DNA from: a virus
Lineage: Duplodnaviria > Caudoviricetes
Virus record (IMG/VR): IMGVR_UViG_3300025571_000015
Span: 1-31,015 of that record
DNA: 31,015 nucleotides
Strand: one strand, 5' to 3'
The position numbers and the translations under genes are program-made. The number at the start of each line of letters is the position of its first letter. The first letter of the stretch is position 1. The notes beneath the pieces are model-generated. The model ran no database searches. It saw nothing but the letters and a program-made list of their open reading frames with translations, and was not told the origin of the DNA. This document shows, in pieces, positions 25,904-31,015 of this stretch.

Positions 25904-26263
25904 TCAGCTCTCCCTTCTGGCGTTGCGCGCGGCGTCACGCTCGGAGCGCACGAGGACGGACAGGGCGTTGCTCCGGCGGCGGACGACCCGCAGCACCTCC
26001 CGCTGCTCGCTCTCCGGCAGCGACAGCAGGAACAGGAACGCGTCACCGGGCGTGTGGGGGATCCTGAATCGGCGGGCGACCTGGGCGAGGTACTCGCCGC
26101 CGTCGGGGGCGTAGGCGGCCGACTGGAGCCGGTTCGCGAACCGGTCCCAGTGGTCGCGGCTGTCGAGCACGTCGGCGCGACGAACCGCCTCGTAGGTGGC
26201 GCGCGCCACATCGAGCGCGCGCTGCTCGACCTGGTCGAGCGCCGGGGTCGGCGTGACAGACAT
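25904..26263 (-). CDS. cas11: Type IV-B small subunit Cas11
   Basis: 119-aa all-helical protein (HWDRFANRLQSAA...LRVVRRRSNALSVLVR) between csf1 and csf2, the IV-B diagnostic position. Confidence 0.8.
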   Translation of the reverse strand: MSVTPTPALDQVEQRALDVARATYEAVRRADVLDSRDHWDRFANRLQSAAYAPDGGEYLAQVARRFRIPHTPGDAFLFLLSLPESEQREVLRVVRRRSNALSVLVRSERDAARNARRES

Positions 26264-26273
26264 GGCTAGTCGC

Positions 26274-26942
26274 TCACTCCTCGTGTTGGGCGACCCAGAC
26301 GGCGAGTCGCAGGGTTGGGCTCGACCGATGCCGGTCGAGCAGGGTTTGCAGAGCGTCCGCGTCGGCGACGCCGAGCCGGTTGTAGGCGGTCGCGTCGAGC
26401 CGGCCGGTCTCGAGCGTCGACTTCGGCACCCCCCGCCGGTAGGCGGTCTCGACGGCGTCGGCAAGCTCGACCCAGACGGGCATCGGGACGGTCGCGTCCT
26501 GCGCGTCGATCGCCGCGCACATGTAGCCAGCCCTGGGCGTCGGCGCCCTGAACGCGATGTGCTTCTTGCCGCCGTCCGCGACCGACACCGCCAGATCGGG
26601 GTCACGCAGCCAGCCGGCGATCCTGCGCTTGTGCGCCTTCGTCGCCCACATGGAGCGGCGGCCGTCGGTCGCCAGCGACAGCAGCGTCCACCTCATCGGC
26701 TTGCCGCTCGGCCCGAGATCGGGGCAGCGGCCCGTGACGAGGAGATGACAGCCCGGGCAGAGCGCCCCCTCGCCGGGGAAGGCGTGCTGGTCGTAGGCGG
26801 ACCAGTTGCCGCCGGGCCTCCACCTGTGCCGGGGCGCGACGTGGCCGCACAGCTCGCACGGGCCCGGGGCGGTGTCCGGCTCGGGCAGGCCGCCGTTGAA
26901 GCCGGCGGCGAACAGCGCGGAGAACGTCGTGTCCGCGCTCAC
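26274..26942 (-). CDS. csf1: Type IV large subunit Csf1 (Cas8-like)
   Basis: 222 aa from GTG 26942; Zn finger CELC...CPGC; SVADGGKKHIAFRAP; first gene of the cas block. Confidence 0.85.
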   Translation of the reverse strand: MSADTTFSALFAAGFNGGLPEPDTAPGPCELCGHVAPRHRWRPGGNWSAYDQHAFPGEGALCPGCHLLVTGRCPDLGPSGKPMRWTLLSLATDGRRSMWATKAHKRRIAGWLRDPDLAVSVADGGKKHIAFRAPTPRAGYMCAAIDAQDATVPMPVWVELADAVETAYRRGVPKSTLETGRLDATAYNRLGVADADALQTLLDRHRSSPTLRLAVWVAQHEE

Positions 26943-27736
26943 CGCTCCTCCTCCCGTGCACCAGGGACCGGCATCACCTCGACGGTTCGGAGCCCGCCGC
27001 ACCCGAACCCTCTGCACACCCCGGACTGGTGCTCCCGCCGGTGTGGCGGGTCCGTGACGCAGACCGCGCCGCCGCACTCCACGCAGACATCGATCAGCCA
27101 ACGGCCCTGCGGGAGCGGGTCCGTCGCGTCGCGTGGCGGCCGCCCCTCCCCGGCCGTGGGGGACGGGGACGCCGCGAGGGAGCCGGCAGCAGCCCGCTCC
27201 AGCTCAGCCGCAAGCGCCACGTCCCTGCCCTCCGTCTGCTCCGGGAGGGTGCGGAGGTGACGTGCGGTGCGTCCGGCGAGGTCGCGCAGCGCCTCCCACT
27301 CGCGGTCGTCCGTGGGCGACGGCGCGGCGACAAGATGCACCGGCTCCTCGTCCTCGAACGGCCAGCCCGGCGCCTCGCCACCCTCGGTCAGCCGGTCCCA
27401 AAACGAGCGCCACAGGGACGTGCGCGGCTCGCGCCGCACCTCGTCCATCGCCTCGGCCAGATCCACCGCGATCTCCTCGGCCGTGAACGAGGTGGGCTCG
27501 CGCATCAGGTGGGCGGCCCTCGTCAGCGCCTCGCGCGTGTCCGTGCCCTCCGGGGGCGTGGACGTGTCCTGCACCGGCCCGACAGCCAGGCGGTTACCTG
27601 CCGCCGACGGGTCCGGGCACCCCAAGTGCGAGCACCCGACGTGGCCGCCATCGTAGAGCCGCAGCGACTCGCGGTGGCACGCCGGACAGCGGCCAGCGAC
27701 CCTCGGGTAGCGCTCGCGCGTGTGCGTCTCAGCCAT
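26939..27736 (-). CDS. Mosaic hypothetical protein with N- and C-terminal Cys/Zn motifs
   Basis: VAGRCPACHRESL...GGHVGCSHLGCPDPSAA (actinophage DUF6085-like) and CVECGG...CRGFGC; coupled to csf1. Confidence 0.7.
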   Translation of the reverse strand: MAETHTRERYPRVAGRCPACHRESLRLYDGGHVGCSHLGCPDPSAAGNRLAVGPVQDTSTPPEGTDTREALTRAAHLMREPTSFTAEEIAVDLAEAMDEVRREPRTSLWRSFWDRLTEGGEAPGWPFEDEEPVHLVAAPSPTDDREWEALRDLAGRTARHLRTLPEQTEGRDVALAAELERAAAGSLAASPSPTAGEGRPPRDATDPLPQGRWLIDVCVECGGAVCVTDPPHRREHQSGVCRGFGCGGLRTVEVMPVPGAREEER

Positions 27737-28088
27737 CCTGATTCGCCGCGTTGATCAGGTGCGTCCCGACCTGCCGGGCCTGCTCGCGCGTCATCGACAG
27801 CGTCACCAGCGCGTTCTCGTGGACGGGCAGGGTCGCGTGGAGGTCGATCTCGTCCACGTCGGACTCCTCGACCTTGAGGTTCGCCGCCTGATCGCTGAGC
27901 ACGGGGTCGCGGTTCAGCGGGTCCTCCAGGTCGCCCAGCCAGATACGGCCCTTGATCACGTTCGGCAGCATCTCGTTGCTCATCAGCTCTCGTCTCCTCG
28001 GTTGCTCGGGGGCGCCTCGTTCGTCCAGACCTTCATGCGCGGCCACCGCGATCTCCTCGACCTCGAACGAGGTCTCAGCCATCCTGAT
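27726..28088. repeat. 17-bp direct repeats at two gene starts
   Basis: gtctcagccatcctgat at 27726-27742 and 28072-28088 (ATCAGG-ATG-GCT-GAG-AC on the minus strand). Confidence 0.9.
27729..28082 (-). CDS. Hypothetical protein (start 28082, or 27983 for an 84-aa form)
   Basis: Both ATGs have GAGGAG RBS; C-terminal VTLSMTREQARQVGTHLINAA is a common small-phage-protein motif. Confidence 0.65.
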   Translation of the reverse strand: MAETSFEVEEIAVAAHEGLDERGAPEQPRRRELMSNEMLPNVIKGRIWLGDLEDPLNRDPVLSDQAANLKVEESDVDEIDLHATLPVHENALVTLSMTREQARQVGTHLINAANQDG

Positions 28089-28212
28089 CTCCTCTCGATG
28101 CTCGTTTTCACGCACGACAGCCCAGCCGTCACCGCGCCGCCTCCGCACCCTCTCGGTGGCCGTGCCCCGGGCGATCGGCAGTCGCGCCGATTCACGGCGA
28201 GGCTTCCCCGTC

Positions 28213-28250
28213 ATGATACGGGATCTTCTTCGCCGTGTACACTCCCGGCC
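28213..28250. promoter_or_regulatory. Overlapping divergent promoters (leftward cas/ter operon; rightward leaderless integrase)
   Basis: Minus strand: TGTACA (28241-28236)-17 nt-TATCAT (28218-28213). Plus strand: TACACT (28238-28243), 7 nt before GTG 28251. Confidence 0.6.
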
Positions 28251-29687
28251 GTGAAGCCGTGGGCAGGCTACATCCGCGTCAGCCACGTCGGCGGCCGAAC
28301 CGGCGACAGATTCCGCAGCCCCACGGACCAAGCCCAAGCCATCAAGGACTGGGCCCGCCGGCGCGGCGAACCCGTCATCCTCCTGCCCCCCGAACTCGAC
28401 GAGTCCGGCGGCCGCGCCGACCGGCCCATCCTCACCGACGCCGTCCGCCGCATCGAAGCCGGCGAGTACCGAGGCCTCGTCGTCGCCTACCTCTCCCGGG
28501 CCGGCCGCAGTGTCCGGCACATGCTCGAGCTGTGGGACCGCATCGAGCGGGCCGGCGGTGAGATCCACGCGGTCGCCGAGAACATCGACACCACGACCCC
28601 GGCCGGGCGGCTCACCCGCACCATGCTCGCCGCGATCGCCGAGCACGAACTCGACCTGCACCGAGAACGCTTCGAGGCGTTGCGCGCCGAGGCCACCAAG
28701 GCCGGGATCTGGCAGCGGCGACAGACCCCGCGCGGCTACCGGCGCGACCCCAGAACGCGCCGGCTCGTCCCCGACAGGGACGCGCCGCTCGTGCGCCGAG
28801 CCTACGCGGCGCGCCTGGCCGGCGCGAGCTGGTCCGAGCTCGCCCGCATGCTCGGGATGACCGCCGCGGGCGCCCAGCGGCTGATCGCCAACCGCGTCTA
28901 CCTCGGCGAGCTGCGGGTCGGCAGGCACATCAACCCCAGAGCGCACCCGCCGCTCGTCGACGCCGAGATCTGGCATGCAGCTCAGCGAACCACGGTCGCA
29001 CGGCCGCCGAGGAGCGGGAGGCTGGCGCTGCTGGCGGGGCTGGTCCGGTGCGCAGGGTGCGGGCACATGATGAGCCGCAGCGACCAGAAGCGCGCGGTCG
29101 TCTACGCCTGCCACGGCTGGCACTCGGCCGGACGCTGCCCGGCGCCGGCGTCGATCACCATGCGCCGGCTCGACGAGCACGTTGAGCCGATCGCCTTGGC
29201 CGCCCTCGCCCGGCTCCAGGCCAGTTCCACGCACGACGACCGCGCCCTCAAGCAGGCGCGGGCGGCGCTCAGGGAGGCCGAGGCCGAACTCGCCGCCTAC
29301 CTTGAGGCCGTGTCGGCCGCCGACATCGGCCCCGAAGCGTTCGCCGCCGGGGCGAAGCTCCGCCGCCAGAGGGTGGACACGGCGCGCGCGCGGTTGGCGA
29401 GGCTGATAGCCGCAGCGCCCGCCGGCGCGGTCAGCGGCGACATCATCGAACGCTGGCCAACCCTGACTGTAGAGCAGCGTAACCACCTGCTACGCCACCT
29501 CATCGAGGCGGTCCTCGTCCGCAAAGCGGGACGGGGGGTTCTGCTGCCGCCGGCGCAGCGGGTACGGATCGTCGCACATGGCGTCGGGCTGGTCAGGCCG
29601 TACAAGGGCGGCGGTGGGCCGATGCCGATCCAGCCGATCTGGATCGACGACCCTGACGACCCACGCACGCTCCGGATGCAGGGCTGA
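28251..29687 (+). CDS. Large serine recombinase (integrase)
   Basis: GYIRVS catalytic Ser, ESGG...DRP, LSRAGRS, DTTTPAGRL, NRVYLG, HPPLVD, Zn ribbon LAGLVRCAGCG...YAC...C, coiled coil. Confidence 0.95.
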   Translation: MKPWAGYIRVSHVGGRTGDRFRSPTDQAQAIKDWARRRGEPVILLPPELDESGGRADRPILTDAVRRIEAGEYRGLVVAYLSRAGRSVRHMLELWDRIERAGGEIHAVAENIDTTTPAGRLTRTMLAAIAEHELDLHRERFEALRAEATKAGIWQRRQTPRGYRRDPRTRRLVPDRDAPLVRRAYAARLAGASWSELARMLGMTAAGAQRLIANRVYLGELRVGRHINPRAHPPLVDAEIWHAAQRTTVARPPRSGRLALLAGLVRCAGCGHMMSRSDQKRAVVYACHGWHSAGRCPAPASITMRRLDEHVEPIALAALARLQASSTHDDRALKQARAALREAEAELAAYLEAVSAADIGPEAFAAGAKLRRQRVDTARARLARLIAAAPAGAVSGDIIERWPTLTVEQRNHLLRHLIEAVLVRKAGRGVLLPPAQRVRIVAHGVGLVRPYKGGGGPMPIQPIWIDDPDDPRTLRMQG

Positions 29688-29747
29688 CAGCATCCGCTCC
29701 CACGCCCGGGCAGCGTTCCCCAACGCAGCTTCGACGTACTCGCTCAC
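29490..29747 (-). CDS. Small ORF antisense-overlapping the integrase 3' end
   Basis: GTG 29747 coupled to the upstream stop; MSEYVEAALGNAARAWERMLSALHPERAWVVRVV...; 198 nt overlap. Confidence 0.45.
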   Translation of the reverse strand: MSEYVEAALGNAARAWERMLSALHPERAWVVRVVDPDRLDRHRPTAALVRPDQPDAMCDDPYPLRRRQQNPPSRFADEDRLDEVA

Positions 29748-29932
29748 GCCGCCATCCTCCGCTGCGTCCTGCGCCGCATCCGCTCCGCCACCACCGTGAT
29801 CTCGTCCGCCAACAACAGCGCCTCCGCCACGTCGATCCGCAGCAGACGCTCTTGGTCGGCGGTCACCACGATCTCGTCCTCGCCGTGCTCGAGCACGTGC
29901 AGACGCACCGGGCGCTCGCCGCCAGTGGTCAT
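29744..29932 (-). CDS. Hypothetical phage protein
   Basis: 62 aa from ATG 29932 (ATGA overlap with the methyltransferase stop); IDVAEALLLADEI motif. Confidence 0.65.
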   Translation of the reverse strand: MTTGGERPVRLHVLEHGEDEIVVTADQERLLRIDVAEALLLADEITVVAERMRRRTQRRMAA

Positions 29933-31015
29933 GCCGCCAGCCTCGCTTCCGCCGTCTGGTGGACGAGCTGGCCGAGGACCGCGAGTGCCAGCCGTGGCGG
30001 GACGGCGTTGCCGACCTGCTCGTACTGCTTCGACCGGCTGCCCCTCCACGGGTAGCCGGGCGGGAAGGTCTGGAGGATCGCCGCTTCCTCAACGGTGACA
30101 CGGGTCGCGTCCCGTATCTGCCGGTCGTGATGGCCCGGCGGGGCGATCCGCGGGTCTCCCGCGACCGTGGTCGCCGGACGCTGCCGCCACACGTCCCGGC
30201 CCTTCGCCAGCCCCTGGGCGGTGAGGGTGGGGGCCGGCGCGGTCGCGGGCCGCGGCCCGACCGGGGTGCCGTCACCGCCGACCTGGCGGCGGTCCCAAAG
30301 CCAGCCGGCGGCCGGCCTGCGAACAAGCGTGGGGCCGCTGCCCCTCACCCCGGCCCGGATGGTGAACGCGGGCTCGCCGCCGTGCCGCTCGCGCCGCTCG
30401 CCGTGACGGGCCGCCATCCCACGGCCCCGCTGCCAGCCCACCCTGTCGCCCAGATCCCAGCCGAGCGCTTCGGCCATGCTCACCCACGGCAGCAGCTCCC
30501 CGTCCAGCGTGACCTCGTGACGCTGCGGCTCGCCCGGGACGTACCTCTGGTGGGTCGGCTGTGGTGGCTCCACCGGCCCGACCCGCGAGGCCAACAGGAA
30601 CGCCCGCTCCCGCGTCTGCGGCACCCCGTACCGCTCCGCCTCGAGCACCCCCGACCAGGCCCACCAGCCGCGCGCGACCAGCACCTCGGCGATCATCTGC
30701 CACAGCCCCAGCGCTGGCGGGACCTGCTCGAGCGCGACCCACTCGGGCTCCAGCGCGAGCGCCCAGCGCAGCGGCTCGACGACAAGCAGCGAACGCGGGT
30801 CGCCAAGCCACGGGACGGTCGCCTGCCGCGTATCCGCGCCGGCCGCCAAGTCCCGGATGCACTGGAGCACCAGCGGCTGGTCACGATGCCCCCCCCGGCG
30901 GCCGGCCATCGACCACGCCTGGCAGGGCGGGGACGCGATCAGCCCCACAACCTGGCCCGGCTCGGCAAGATCGGCGGGGTCCAGGGCTGCCACGTCGGCC
31001 TGGATCGTCCGCAGC
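29929..31015 (-). CDS. C5 cytosine DNA methyltransferase (5' end outside window)
   Basis: LIASPPCQAWS (motif IV), ALEQV (VI), YGVPQTRERAF (VIII), EEAAILQTFP (IX), QVGNAVPP (X). Confidence 0.93.
   Translation of the reverse strand, partial: LRTIQADVAALDPADLAEPGQVVGLIASPPCQAWSMAGRRGGHRDQPLVLQCIRDLAAGADTRQATVPWLGDPRSLLVVEPLRWALALEPEWVALEQVPPALGLWQMIAEVLVARGWWAWSGVLEAERYGVPQTRERAFLLASRVGPVEPPQPTHQRYVPGEPQRHEVTLDGELLPWVSMAEALGWDLGDRVGWQRGRGMAARHGERRERHGGEPAFTIRAGVRGSGPTLVRRPAAGWLWDRRQVGGDGTPVGPRPATAPAPTLTAQGLAKGRDVWRQRPATTVAGDPRIAPPGHHDRQIRDATRVTVEEAAILQTFPPGYPWRGSRSKQYEQVGNAVPPRLALAVLGQLVHQTAEARLAA

Larger units (their letters stand above)
1..31015. mobile_element. Temperate myovirus-like phage/prophage (whole window)
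   Basis: Packaging, head, contractile tail, lysis and integrase genes; no host housekeeping genes seen. Confidence 0.93.

Noticed and set aside
21250-28250. Canonical CRISPR array near the cas genes
   Set aside because: No three or more equal repeats with regular spacers were found by eye. The 23-bp direct repeat has only two copies 18 nt apart, and the GTTGC...AAC pair is poorly conserved and 57 nt apart.
28083-29486. 585-aa minus-strand ORF (27729-29486) as a single gene
   Set aside because: Mostly a shadow of the integrase; only the part from 28082 or 27983 has an RBS and a protein-like composition.
1-31015. tRNA or rRNA genes
   Set aside because: No cloverleaf or T-loop signature was recognised in the few intergenic gaps; no covariance search was run.

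Overview
This is a very GC-rich (roughly 70-75% by eye) temperate phage or prophage segment, probably actinobacterial. Almost all real genes run right to left on the minus strand. The order is: a partial C5 DNA methyltransferase; small ORFs; a plus-strand large serine recombinase; mosaic small genes; a complete array-less type IV-B CRISPR-Cas effector operon (csf1-cas11-csf2-csf3-cysH-like) followed by an HTH gene and a glycosyltransferase; terS and terL; a divergent XRE regulator; a lysis cassette (M15 peptidase, GH24 lysozyme, holin); Mu-like head genes; and a contractile tail and baseplate module. I see no canonical CRISPR array and no cas1, cas2, cas6 or dinG. The most unusual signal is the terS-terL spacer (about 21250-21460), which appears co-transcribed with the cas genes. 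It carries a spacer-sized 31-nt perfect inverted copy of the phage's own tail-completion gene (11305-11335), a 20-bp perfect inverted repeat and a 23-bp direct repeat. It is a candidate non-canonical guide or antisense RNA for the IV-B complex, or an inversion switch. All family calls come from motif recognition, not database searches.
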